Source: Longimicrobiales bacterium (lineage in GTDB: Bacteria; Gemmatimonadota; Gemmatimonadetes; Longimicrobiales; RSA9). Taken from it: a DNA stretch of 64,000 bases. This document shows, one piece after another, positions 20,001-27,981 of the stretch. Location of the stretch: NCBI GenBank assembly GCA_035461105.1, contig DATHVV010000129.1, positions 18,140-82,139 of the forward strand, in the 5' to 3' direction. A program made the position numbers and the translations under genes. Position 1 is the first letter of the stretch; each line of letters opens with the position of its first letter. The notes beneath the pieces were generated by a model, which saw only the letters and a list, made by a program, of their open reading frames with translations, made no database searches and was not told where the DNA came from.

Positions 20001-21441
20001 TCTCCGGCCCGCGCGCTTCGCTGCGCGGCGCCGTGGTGCGCGTCGGCTCCAGCGGCGGGAGCGGCAGGCCGAGAATGTCGGCCGCCAGCTCCCGGGCCTC
20101 GGCAAGCTCCTGCTCCGAAGGCGAATCGCCCCCGGCGGAGTCCTCGCCGCCGCCCTCCTCGACCGTCAGCGACTCGATGAGACGCAGCACCTCGTCGGCA
20201 TCCGCTTCCGTGATGCCGGCGACGCGCAGCAGATCTTCACGCTCAAGGTCGATAATGTCCAAAAATGTAGTATACCCGGCACTCTCCAGGGCCGCCAGAG
20301 TCGGCAACGGCAGGTCGAGCTCGCGCAACGGGAAGTCGGCCACCTCGTACTCCGGCTCGCCACCGCCGAACAGCGCCGCATCGGCGCCGCGCTCGAGCCA
20401 CTCGCGGCTGCCGTAGAGGTCGACCTGCCAGCCGATCAGCTGGCTGGCGAGCCGCACGTTCTGGCCGTTGCGCCCGATCGCCAGCGAGAGCTGGTCCTCG
20501 TCGACGATCGCGGTGATCACGCGGCGCGACGAATCGCTCAGCACTTTCGCGACCTTGGCGGGGGCGAGCGCCCGGCGCGCATAGATCTCGGGGTCGGGAT
20601 GCCACGGCACGATGTCGATGCGCTCGCCGCCCAGCTCGCTCACCACGGCCTGCACCCGCGAGCCTTTCAGGCCGACGCAGGCACCCACCGGGTCGATGCT
20701 GTCATCGCGCGAGGAGACGGCCAGCTTGGTGCGGCCGCCCACCTCGCGGGCAATGCCCTTGATGTCCACGATGCCCTGGTAGATCTCGGGCACCTCGAGC
20801 TTGAAGAGTGCTGCCACGAACTCGGGCGCGGCGCGCGACAGGATCAGGCGCGGACCCTTGGGGGTCTCTTCCACCCGCTTCAGCACGGCACGCATCGGCT
20901 CGCCCTGCCGAAACCGCTCGCGCGGGTTCTGCTCCTTCCACGGGATGATGGCCTCGGCGTCGCGGCTCTTGTTGAGCATGATCACCATCTTGCCGCGTTC
21001 GACCTGCTGCACCTCCCCGGAGAGCAGCTCACCCACCTTGCTCGCGTACTCGTTGCGGATCTTGTTCCGCTCGCCTTCGCGTACCCGCTGAATGATGCGC
21101 TGCTTGGCGGCCATGACCGCGTTGCGGCCGAACTGCGTGAAGTCCACCGGGATCTCGAGCACGTCGCCCACCTCGAAGTCCGGGTCGTCCCAGCGCGCCT
21201 CCTCCAGCGAGATCTCCCGCGAGGTGTCCTCCACCGTTTCCACGACTTCCTTCAGCACGATGATGACGATGTCGCCCTCGCCCTCGTCGATGCGGACTTC
21301 CGCCTGGACGTTCGGCCCGAAGCGGCGCGCCAGCGCCGCCATGATGCCGTCCTTGATCAGGTCGTGCAGGTCGTCGCGCGACAGGTTCTTGTTCGCGATC
21401 ATCTCGCGGAACGCCGCGATTACCGGTGCTGCGTTGCCCAT
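19987..21441 (-). CDS. nusA: transcription termination/antitermination factor NusA
   Basis: Trimmed to the ATG at 21441 (MGNAAPVIAAFREMIANKNLSRDDLHDLIKDGI...). S1 and KH domains plus a C-terminal HhH acidic repeat. Confidence 0.96.
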   Translation of the reverse strand: MGNAAPVIAAFREMIANKNLSRDDLHDLIKDGIMAALARRFGPNVQAEVRIDEGEGDIVIIVLKEVVETVEDTSREISLEEARWDDPDFEVGDVLEIPVDFTQFGRNAVMAAKQRIIQRVREGERNKIRNEYASKVGELLSGEVQQVERGKMVIMLNKSRDAEAIIPWKEQNPRERFRQGEPMRAVLKRVEETPKGPRLILSRAAPEFVAALFKLEVPEIYQGIVDIKGIAREVGGRTKLAVSSRDDSIDPVGACVGLKGSRVQAVVSELGGERIDIVPWHPDPEIYARRALAPAKVAKVLSDSSRRVITAIVDEDQLSLAIGRNGQNVRLASQLIGWQVDLYGSREWLERGADAALFGGGEPEYEVADFPLRELDLPLPTLAALESAGYTTFLDIIDLEREDLLRVAGITEADADEVLRLIESLTVEEGGGEDSAGGDSPSEQELAEARELAADILGLPLPPLEPTRTTAPRSEARGPENDAG

Positions 21442-21481
21442 GTCGTCTCCCCCTCTGTCCGTCGCCGGGTCCCAGCGTCCG

Positions 21482-21970
21482 CTAGTCCCAGCGGAAAACG
21501 AGATTCGCCCGCGCAATCTCGGCGCGCGGTATCTCCACACTCGATCCATCCTCGAGCCGGAGCGTGATCCGCTCCTGCCCGCCCTCGCCGCTCACCCCCA
21601 CCAGCTCGCCGGTCAGCCGCTTCTCCTTGCGCCCGGCCAGCGGCCCGGTCCCCTTGACCGCGACCTCCCGACCGGCGAAGCGCTCGAAGTCGCGACGCCG
21701 CACCAGCGGCCGCTCCAGCCCGGGGGAGGAGACCTCCAGGACGTAGCGCTCCGAGAGCTCGGGTGCCTCGTCCAGATAGCTCTCCAGCGCCCGGCTGACG
21801 CGCGTGCAGTCGTCGATCGAGACGCCCTTCCCGGGCGCCGAGTCCGGCAGGTCGATGCGGACCCGCAGGATCGGTCGCGTCTTCGACCCCGCCCGCTCGA
21901 GCTCCACGAATTCCAGCCCCAGCGCCTCGATGCGCCGCTCGAGCTCGCGTTCCAGACTCTCGTCGCTCAT
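21482..21970 (-). CDS. rimP: ribosome maturation factor RimP
   Basis: Trimmed to the ATG at 21970 (MSDESLERELERRIEALGLEFVELERAG...YVLEVSSPGLERPL...). Lies immediately upstream of nusA. Confidence 0.9.
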   Translation of the reverse strand: MSDESLERELERRIEALGLEFVELERAGSKTRPILRVRIDLPDSAPGKGVSIDDCTRVSRALESYLDEAPELSERYVLEVSSPGLERPLVRRRDFERFAGREVAVKGTGPLAGRKEKRLTGELVGVSGEGGQERITLRLEDGSSVEIPRAEIARANLVFRWD

Positions 21971-21982
21971 GTCCGTATCGAC

Positions 21983-22009
21983 AAAAAAAAGCGGGGGTTT
22001 GGCCCCCAC
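21983..22009 (-). terminator. intrinsic terminator 12 nt upstream of the rimP start codon
   Basis: Minus-strand RNA reads GUGGGGG-CCAAA-CCCCCGC followed by U8 (A8 on the plus strand at 21983-21990). 7-bp stem with one G.U pair. Confidence 0.7.
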
Positions 22010-22052
22010 TTCCTCAGCAGCCGACCCGCGCCGGCCGTGCAGAACTGTAATC

Positions 22053-22081
22053 AAGATAAAGGAATGGGCCGGCGGATTCAA
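22053..22081 (-). promoter_or_regulatory. putative sigma-70-type promoter of the rimP-nusA-infB leader
   Basis: Minus strand reads TTGAAT (22081-22076), a 17-nt spacer, then TATCTT (22058-22053), within a locally AT-richer patch. It lies upstream of the terminator at 21983-22009. Confidence 0.45.
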
Positions 22082-22188
22082 GGACGCGCGGCCGCGCCTT
22101 CTCCACCGGCACACTTGGCCGGGCGACGGGTCGGCACCTCCGAGCGTGCCGCCGGATGCCGGTCGCCCGCCGATCCGGCCGTCCCGGA

Positions 22189-22662
22189 TCAGCTCCCCGG
22201 AAGGTGCTCGTCGATCTCGGCGGTCCAGCTGATCGCGACCGCGGCGGCGAGGCTGCGCGCCGTGGGGCACTTTTCCTGGTGCCGCGAGAGGGCTCTTTCC
22301 ACGGCCGGGCGCGCCTCCGCCGGCACGCGCAGCTGGTAGCGCACGTGGATTCGCGTGAGCCGGACGATTCCGTCCACCAGCTCGTTGGTGCCTTCGACCC
22401 GTGCGGAGATGTCGGCCGGGGGTAGATCGATCCCGCGCGCTGCCAGCGCGCCATTGAGGGTTCCCAGCATTCAGCCGCCGGTCGCGGCCACGATGTAGTC
22501 CACTGGCAGCGGCAGATCGCGCTCGGCGTCGAGCCGGAAATGGCTCTTGATGGGGCCGTGCACGCCGACGTCGATGACGCCCCCGGCGTCGAGGTGCAGG
22601 CGCCGGTGCACGCCCGCCACCTTCTCGATGCGGGCCCCGGCCACGTAGAGCGGCTCACTCAT
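22189..22662 (-). CDS. OsmC/Ohr-family peroxiredoxin-like protein with an in-frame TGA at the conserved Cys position (candidate selenocysteine; alternatively a pseudogene)
   Basis: ORFs 22471..23130 (used from the internal ATG at 22662, MSEPLYVAGARIEK...) and 22189..22470 share one frame and are separated only by TGA at 22471-22473: ...PVDYIVAATGG-TGA-MLGTLNGALAARGI...HQEKCPTARSL... The joined product is a 157-codon full-length OsmC fold. Confidence 0.6.
22432..22460 (-). promoter_or_regulatory. SECIS-like hairpin downstream of the in-frame UGA
   Basis: The mRNA forms GCGCGC-UGGCA-GCGCGC (22451..22435) starting 19 nt after the UGA. An optional lower CCC/GGG stem extends it. There is a G in the apical loop. 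Confidence 0.3.
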
Positions 22663-22883
22663 GCGTCCTCCTGTCCGGCGCCCGCAGGATTCTCGGGCGG
22701 TTTGACTGGGGTGTCCCCGGGCCGGTAGCCGAAGCAGGCCAGCACGGGCAGGCGCGGGTAGCGCGGGAAGCGCGCGTCGAAACGGGAACGCTCGCAGAGC
22801 CAGAAACGCGACCCGCGCGCGTTCTCGACCACGCGGTGAAAAGCGCAGTCGGAGCAGAGGCCGGGCTCGGGACCGGCAGGCAT
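22659..22883 (-). CDS. small conserved cysteine-rich protein (CxxC...C...C), function unknown
   Basis: 74 aa. MPAGPEPGLCSDCAFHRVVENARGSRFWLCERSRFDARFPRYPRLPVLACFGY... Strong GC3 bias. Its stop overlaps the OsmC-like start (ATGA). Confidence 0.7.
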   Translation of the reverse strand: MPAGPEPGLCSDCAFHRVVENARGSRFWLCERSRFDARFPRYPRLPVLACFGYRPGDTPVKPPENPAGAGQEDA

Positions 22884-22892
22884 GGGCCAGAC

Positions 22893-23684
22893 TCACGCGG
22901 CGCGTACGCCGAGCACGCCGAGCTGCCGCTCCCGGCACCCGGCGCGATGCGACCAGAACGCCCCTTCCGCACAGCGCGTGCAGTGCGCCGAGAGCGTAAT
23001 GCGCGCCGCCGGGATGCCGGCCCGGAGCCCGCGCTCCGCGATGACGGCGCGCAGATCCAGCTGCATCCGGTCGGTTGGCCCGCGGTCGAGGCCGAGCGCA
23101 GTCGGCACTTCCGCGCCGACCTGGTAACACGCGCCGCAGATCGCCGGGCCGCAGTGGAGCTCAAGGTCGCGCGCTGTCGACCCGGCCCCCCCGTCGAGCG
23201 CCGCGATCCCCGCCTCCAGGATACCGGTAGCGACCCCGCGCCAGCCGCCGTGCAGGAGCGCGATCGCGCGTCGCACCGGGTCGACCAGCGAGATCGGGAC
23301 GCAGTCGGCCACGGAGACCGTGAGCAGCACCCCGGCCTGGCGGGTGGCGTGGCCATCTGAATCGTCGGCGACCAGCAGGCCGGCCGGCAGGTCGGCATGC
23401 CACAGGACGCGCGCGCCGTGCACCTGACGGGCGTGCAGCGCGGTGGGCAGCCCGGTCGCTTCCCGCAGCGCGCGCCAGCGCCCGAGCGCGGTCGCGACCG
23501 CGACCTCACCGAACAGTCCCATGTCGAGGCCGTCCCCGGCGCGACCGGTCGTACCCTGCACCAGCCAGGGATGACGGCGCGTCCATTCGGGATGCGTCCA
23601 GAGCGGGAAGGTCCCGGTCGCCTCCTCGCGGACGCGCCGCACCCCGCCCGGCGGAGTCGGCCGCGGGGCCGGCGCAGCGCTCAC
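22893..23684 (-). CDS. pgeF: YfiH/PgeF-family (DUF152, laccase-domain) peptidoglycan editing factor
   Basis: 263 aa. ...QVHGARV...SDGHATRQAGVLLTVSVADCVPI...ALLHGGWRG...HCGPAICGACYQVG... Confidence 0.88.
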   Translation of the reverse strand: MSAAPAPRPTPPGGVRRVREEATGTFPLWTHPEWTRRHPWLVQGTTGRAGDGLDMGLFGEVAVATALGRWRALREATGLPTALHARQVHGARVLWHADLPAGLLVADDSDGHATRQAGVLLTVSVADCVPISLVDPVRRAIALLHGGWRGVATGILEAGIAALDGGAGSTARDLELHCGPAICGACYQVGAEVPTALGLDRGPTDRMQLDLRAVIAERGLRAGIPAARITLSAHCTRCAEGAFWSHRAGCRERQLGVLGVRAA

Positions 23685-24022
23685 GCGTCCGGCGATTCGG
23701 GCGCGTGGGAGTGGTGCACGGCATGCGCCCGATGCTCATCGAGCAGGCGCCGCAGCTCGGCGACCTCCTCGCGCAGTGCATCGAAATCACGCCGCGACAC
23801 GAACTCGAGCCGCTCCCGCACTTCCTCGACCGCCTCGTGAGCCCGTCGCATCGTGTCGCGCGCGGCCTCTTTCGCGCGCTCGGGCGAGATGTCGCCGCGA
23901 TCCTTCAGGTCGTCGAAGCTCTGCTCGACGGCATCGCGCAGCGCGCCCAGGATGCCGGTCACGGCGCGCAGTCCCTCGCGGAACGCGTCGCCCGGATCGG
24001 TGCGCTTCCGGTCATCGGTCAT
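23681..24022 (-). CDS. coiled-coil protein, BMFP/UbiK- or phasin-like
   Basis: Trimmed to the ATG at 24022 (MTDDRKRTDPGDAFREGLRAV...EFVSRRDFDALREEVAELRRLLDEH...). Its stop overlaps the pgeF start (ATGA). The family assignment is tentative. Confidence 0.6.
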   Translation of the reverse strand: MTDDRKRTDPGDAFREGLRAVTGILGALRDAVEQSFDDLKDRGDISPERAKEAARDTMRRAHEAVEEVRERLEFVSRRDFDALREEVAELRRLLDEHRAHAVHHSHAPESPDA

Positions 24023-24032
24023 GAATCTTCTC

Positions 24033-25325
24033 CTAGTCCTCGCCGCGTGAGTCGGCACGCGCAATCGACGCGCCCAGCGCCCGCAGTCGTTCATCGATGC
24101 GCTCGTAGCCGCGCTCGATCTGCGCGACGTTGTAGATGGTGCTCTGTCCCTCGGCGCCGAGCGCGGCGATCAGCAGCGCCATGCCGGCCCGGATGTCCGG
24201 GCTCTCGACGACGGCGGCCTGCAGGCGCGAGGGTCCGATCACCACCGCGCGATGCGGGTCGCAGAGCACGATCCGCGCGCCCATCCCGATCACCTTGTCG
24301 GCGAAGAACATGCGCGACTCGAACATCTTCTCGAAGATGAGGATCGTGCCGCGGCACTGCGTCGCCACCACCAGCGCGATGGAGGTGAGGTCGGCGGGAA
24401 ACGCGGGCCACGGCCCGTCATCGATTTTCGGGATGTGACCGCCGAGGTCCATGCGTACCACCCGCTCCTGCTCGGCCGGCACGAACAGGTCGCGGCCGCG
24501 CGGCTCGCAGCGGATGCCCATGCGCTCGAAGCCGAGCAGCGTGGAGTCGAGATGCTCGAGGGCCGCGTCCTCGATGAGGATCTCGCCGCCGGTCACCGCG
24601 GCCAGGCCGATGAAGCTGCCCACCTCGATGTGATCGCTGCCGATGCGGTAGCGTCCGCCGTGCAGGCGATCGATGCCCTCGATCGCCAGGATCCCCGTGC
24701 CGATGCCGGTGATGCGGGCGCCGAGCCCGTTCAGCATGTGGCAGAGGTCCTGGACGTGCGGCTCGGCGGCCGCGTTGCGCAGCCGGGTGTGTCCCTTGGC
24801 GAGCACGGCTGCCATGACCGCGTTCTCGGTGGCGGTCACGCTCGGCTCGTCGAGGAAGATGTCGGCGCCGCGCAACCCGGCGGTCTCCAGGTGATAGCCG
24901 CGGTCCGCCTGCACCACGGCGCCGAGCCGGGAGAGGGCCAGGAAGTGAGTGTCGACGCGACGGCGGCCGATGATGTCGCCACCCGGGGGCGGCAGCTCCA
25001 TGCGACCGACCCGCGCCAGCATCGGTCCGGCCAGCAGGATGGAGGCGCGGATGCGCGCGGCCTGGGCCGGCTCGATGTCGGTGAGCCCGACGTCGCGCGC
25101 GTGGATGCGTACGGTGTTCGGCGCGATCCAGGCGCACTCCGCTCCCAGCTGGCCGAGCAACTCGATGAGCGTGCGGACGTCGCGAATGTCCGGCACGTTC
25201 TCGAGCACGACCTCCTGGTCGGTGAGCAGCGTTGCCGCGATGATCGGCAGCGCCGCGTTCTTGTTGCCGGCGGGCCGAATGGTGCCGTTGAGCGGCCGGC
25301 CGCCATCTACGAGGAACTTCGGCAT
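24033..25325 (-). CDS. murA: UDP-N-acetylglucosamine 1-carboxyvinyltransferase
   Basis: Trimmed to the ATG at 25325 ([34 protein letters not shown]...), 430 aa. The 653-aa ORF in the track is a spurious upstream extension. Confidence 0.97.
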   Translation of the reverse strand: MPKFLVDGGRPLNGTIRPAGNKNAALPIIAATLLTDQEVVLENVPDIRDVRTLIELLGQLGAECAWIAPNTVRIHARDVGLTDIEPAQAARIRASILLAGPMLARVGRMELPPPGGDIIGRRRVDTHFLALSRLGAVVQADRGYHLETAGLRGADIFLDEPSVTATENAVMAAVLAKGHTRLRNAAAEPHVQDLCHMLNGLGARITGIGTGILAIEGIDRLHGGRYRIGSDHIEVGSFIGLAAVTGGEILIEDAALEHLDSTLLGFERMGIRCEPRGRDLFVPAEQERVVRMDLGGHIPKIDDGPWPAFPADLTSIALVVATQCRGTILIFEKMFESRMFFADKVIGMGARIVLCDPHRAVVIGPSRLQAAVVESPDIRAGMALLIAALGAEGQSTIYNVAQIERGYERIDERLRALGASIARADSRGED

Positions 25326-25431
25326 CAGACCGTTCTCCGGGATGCGGTGCGCAAGACGCGGCCGGCAGGGCGCGTTGCACAGAACATACCGGGTAGCGCG
25401 GGCGGCCGCCAAACCCCTGGGCGAGCACAGC

Positions 25432-25460
25432 TTGCCCGAGCGCGTGCCGGAGCCTAAGCT
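25432..25460 (+). promoter_or_regulatory. putative sigma-70-type promoter for the PII-like/antiporter operon
   Basis: TTGCCC (25432-25437), a 17-nt spacer, then TAAGCT (25455-25460), 59 nt upstream of the ATG at 25519. The -10 hexamer is the same as in the rplM promoter candidate. Confidence 0.35.
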
Positions 25461-25518
25461 AGCCGGACCTTGCCAGGCCGCCGCGCGCCTCGCGCAATTC
25501 ACCCCGGAGCGTGCCGCA

Positions 25519-25872
25519 ATGCAGCTGCTGATATCGGTGATCAACCAGGAAGAGAAGCTCGATGAGATCCTGTCGGGCTTCCTGGAGCTGGGCATCACGG
25601 GGGCGACCGTGATTCGCAGCGAGGGCATGGGCCGCGTGCTCTCGCACGACCTGCCGATCTTCGCCGGACTGCAGACGCTGCTGTCGCGGGCGCGACCGCA
25701 GAACGTGACCATCTTCAGCGTGATCGGCGACCCCGCCAAGGTGGACGGCGCGCTGGCGCTGCTGCAGGACATCTGCGGTGACCTGAACGACCCGGCCACC
25801 GGGATCGCGTTCACGCTGCCGCTGAACCGGGTCGTGGGCCTCGCACCCGAGCTGAGTCCCGGGGAGGTCTGA
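25519..25872 (+). CDS. PII-like (GlnB-fold) small signalling protein
   Basis: Trimmed to the ATG at 25519. The 117-aa product [41 protein letters not shown]...[47 protein letters not shown] follows the beta-alpha-beta-beta-alpha-beta PII pattern with a T-loop-like insert. Confidence 0.7.
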   Translation: MQLLISVINQEEKLDEILSGFLELGITGATVIRSEGMGRVLSHDLPIFAGLQTLLSRARPQNVTIFSVIGDPAKVDGALALLQDICGDLNDPATGIAFTLPLNRVVGLAPELSPGEV

Positions 25873-25874
25873 GC

Positions 25875-27134
25875 GTGAATGCGCTGCTCGGCGCGCTCGT
25901 GCTGTTCCTGCTGGGCGTGCTCGGCGTGCGCTTCTCGTTCACGGGCCCGGGCACGCCGATCGGCTGGCGCTTCTTCTTCGTCACCGGCACGCACTTCCTG
26001 ATCATCGGGCTGTTACTCGGACCGTACGCGCTCGAGCTGCTCACACCCGCCGTCCTCGGGCAGCTCTACCCGCTGCTGGCGCTCGGGCTCGGCTGGGTGG
26101 GACTGCTCTTCGGCCTGCAGTTCGACCGCCATCAGCTCACGCTGCTCACGCCCCGCCTGGTGGCGCTCGCGGTGCTCCAGGCGACGTTCGCGTTCCTCGC
26201 GTTCCTTGCCATCGGCATGGCCCTGTTCGCGTCCGCCGGTGCGCTGCACGGCGGCGCCCGCGCCGCGCTCGCGGCGGCCGCGGCGACGGCCTGCGTGTCC
26301 AGCCCACTCGGCATCGCCGTGGTCAGCAATTTCCTGCGCGAGCGTGGCCGGCTGACGGAGCTGCTGCTGCTGATCGCGAGCCTCGATGCGGTGGTCGGCA
26401 TCGTCGCCCTGCAGCTGGCGTTCGCGTTCTACAATCCGAACGTCCTGTACGGTGCCGGTGTCGCGGCGGCCCCGCTCACGTGGCTGGCGCTCGCCCTCGC
26501 CCTCGGCATCAGCTTCGGGATCATCTTCCTGTGGCTCACGCGGCCCAAGCCGACCCGAGAGGAGCTCACGCTGTTCGTGCTCGGCATCGCCATGTTCCTG
26601 TCGGGCGCTGCGCTGCACCTGGGTCTTTCGACGCTGTTCGTAGGCATGGTCGCCGGCGCCGTGATCGCGAACCTGTCGCCGCTGGAACGGCGCGTGTTCA
26701 ACGTGCTGCAGGGCTGGGAGAAGTCGATCTACGTGGTGCTGCTCGTGCTCATGGGCGCGATGATCGACCTGGCCACCTGGCTGATCGTGCCGCTCGCGAT
26801 CGGCTACACGGCCGTGCGCCTGGTCGCCAAGCTGCTGGGCGGTTGGGCGGCGGCGCGGCTGGTCGCTCGCGATGCGCGCCCGCCCGCCCTGATCGGCCTC
26901 GGGCTCGCCGCACAGGGCGGCATGAGTCTCGTGCTGGTGTTGAGCGTCACGCTCTCCTTCGGCGCGCTGGGCGGAGCCCAGCCGGCCGTGATCACGCTGC
27001 TGGTCAGCACGGTCGTGCTGGGTGTGATCCTGAGCGAGCTGCTGGGACCGTTTCTGACCCGGCACCTGCTGCGGCGCACGGAGGGCGGGATGCGCGGGGA
27101 CGTGATCGTGCCCCGGGAGGCGAATGCGCGCTGA
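25875..27134 (+). CDS. cation:proton antiporter (Na+/H+ exchanger / CPA family)
   Basis: 419 aa with about 12 hydrophobic segments. GTG start lies 2 nt after the PII-like stop. Confidence 0.82.
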   Translation: MNALLGALVLFLLGVLGVRFSFTGPGTPIGWRFFFVTGTHFLIIGLLLGPYALELLTPAVLGQLYPLLALGLGWVGLLFGLQFDRHQLTLLTPRLVALAVLQATFAFLAFLAIGMALFASAGALHGGARAALAAAAATACVSSPLGIAVVSNFLRERGRLTELLLLIASLDAVVGIVALQLAFAFYNPNVLYGAGVAAAPLTWLALALALGISFGIIFLWLTRPKPTREELTLFVLGIAMFLSGAALHLGLSTLFVGMVAGAVIANLSPLERRVFNVLQGWEKSIYVVLLVLMGAMIDLATWLIVPLAIGYTAVRLVAKLLGGWAAARLVARDARPPALIGLGLAAQGGMSLVLVLSVTLSFGALGGAQPAVITLLVSTVVLGVILSELLGPFLTRHLLRRTEGGMRGDVIVPREANAR

Positions 27135-27981
27135 TCTGCAGCTGGCGGTGGCGCAGCTCGATGCGCGGCCCGGTGCGCTCGCCGCCAATGCCGCCGCGGT
27201 GCGCGCCGCGGCCGTCGCGGCCCGGGCGGACGTGCTGCTCACGCCGGAGCTGTCGCTGACCGGCTACGACGTGCGCGATCGGGCCGCGGCGCTCGCTCTG
27301 CCGCTCGCCCTCGGCAGCACTCCGGGCGCCCCCTTCGAGGCGCTGCACGACGCGCCCGGCCTGGTGATCGCGGGGGCGATCGAGGCGGGCCCGGAGACAG
27401 TGCCGTACAACGTCGCCATGGGCGTGGCGGGGGCCAGCATACGGCACCTGCACCGCAAGATCTATCTGCCGACCTACGGAATGTTCGATGAAGCCCGGTG
27501 GTTCGGCAGCGGCGGCAAGCTGGAGCCCTGGTCACTCCCCGGCGGCTGGCGTGCCGGCGTGCTGGTCTGCGAGGACTTCTGGCATCCGGGGCTCGTGTAC
27601 GTCCTCGCCAGCGCGGGCATCGACGTGCTGCTCGTGCTCGCGGCCGCGCCCGGACGCGGCGTCTGGGAGGGCGGTGCGCACGGCGACTTCGCGTCCGCCG
27701 ATGCCTGGGAGGGAATCGCCTGCACCACCGCGCGCCTCTACGGGATCTACGTCGCCCTCGCCAACCGGGTGGGGGTCGAGGGGGCGGTCACGTTCGCGGG
27801 CGGGTCGCTGATCGTTTCCCCCGAGGGTGTGGTGCTCGCGCGTGCCCCCGCGCTCGAGCCGGCCACGATCCGGGCGACGCTCGAGCCGAACGCCCTGGCA
27901 CGCGCGCGGCGACCGGCCTTCCACGGCCGCGACGACGATCCGCGGCTGGTCGCGCGCGAATTGCTGCGGCACCATGGCTGA
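27124..27981 (+). CDS. carbon-nitrogen hydrolase (nitrilase superfamily; NadE glutaminase-domain-like)
   Basis: 285 aa. Glu-Lys-Cys triad contexts TPELSLTGY, HRKIYLPTYGMFDE and GVLVCEDFWHP. Overlaps the antiporter stop by 11 nt. Confidence 0.88.
   Translation: MRADLQLAVAQLDARPGALAANAAAVRAAAVAARADVLLTPELSLTGYDVRDRAAALALPLALGSTPGAPFEALHDAPGLVIAGAIEAGPETVPYNVAMGVAGASIRHLHRKIYLPTYGMFDEARWFGSGGKLEPWSLPGGWRAGVLVCEDFWHPGLVYVLASAGIDVLLVLAAAPGRGVWEGGAHGDFASADAWEGIACTTARLYGIYVALANRVGVEGAVTFAGGSLIVSPEGVVLARAPALEPATIRATLEPNALARARRPAFHGRDDDPRLVARELLRHHG

Noticed and set aside
18274-21567. 1097-aa plus-strand ORF antisense to infB, the L7Ae-like gene and nusA.
   Set aside because: The translation is low-complexity and Arg/Gly/Ala/Leu-rich with no motifs. 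It lies exactly opposite well-supported conserved genes. Long antisense open frames are expected in very GC-rich DNA because stop codons are AT-rich.
22189-23130. Treating the two OsmC-like pieces as two independent small genes.
   Set aside because: Each piece is only half of the OsmC fold. They are contiguous in one frame with a single TGA at the conserved Cys column. A single recoded gene or a single pseudogene explains the data better.
25383-25412. Candidate murA promoter TTGGCG-18-TATGTT on the minus strand.
   Set aside because: It has a weak -35 and an 18-nt spacer. It is plausible but not distinguishable from chance by eye.
24033-25994. Apparent large fusion proteins in the ORF track: the 653-aa MurA ORF, 36246..38051 (601 aa), 57625..58776 (383 aa), 48463..49242 (259 aa), 21482..22270 (262 aa) and 14344..15411 (355 aa).
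   Set aside because: Only the C-terminal parts match real families. The N-terminal extensions are Arg/Pro-rich, overlap upstream genes or intergenic DNA, and have internal ATG/GTG starts that fit homolog lengths and coupling with neighbours.
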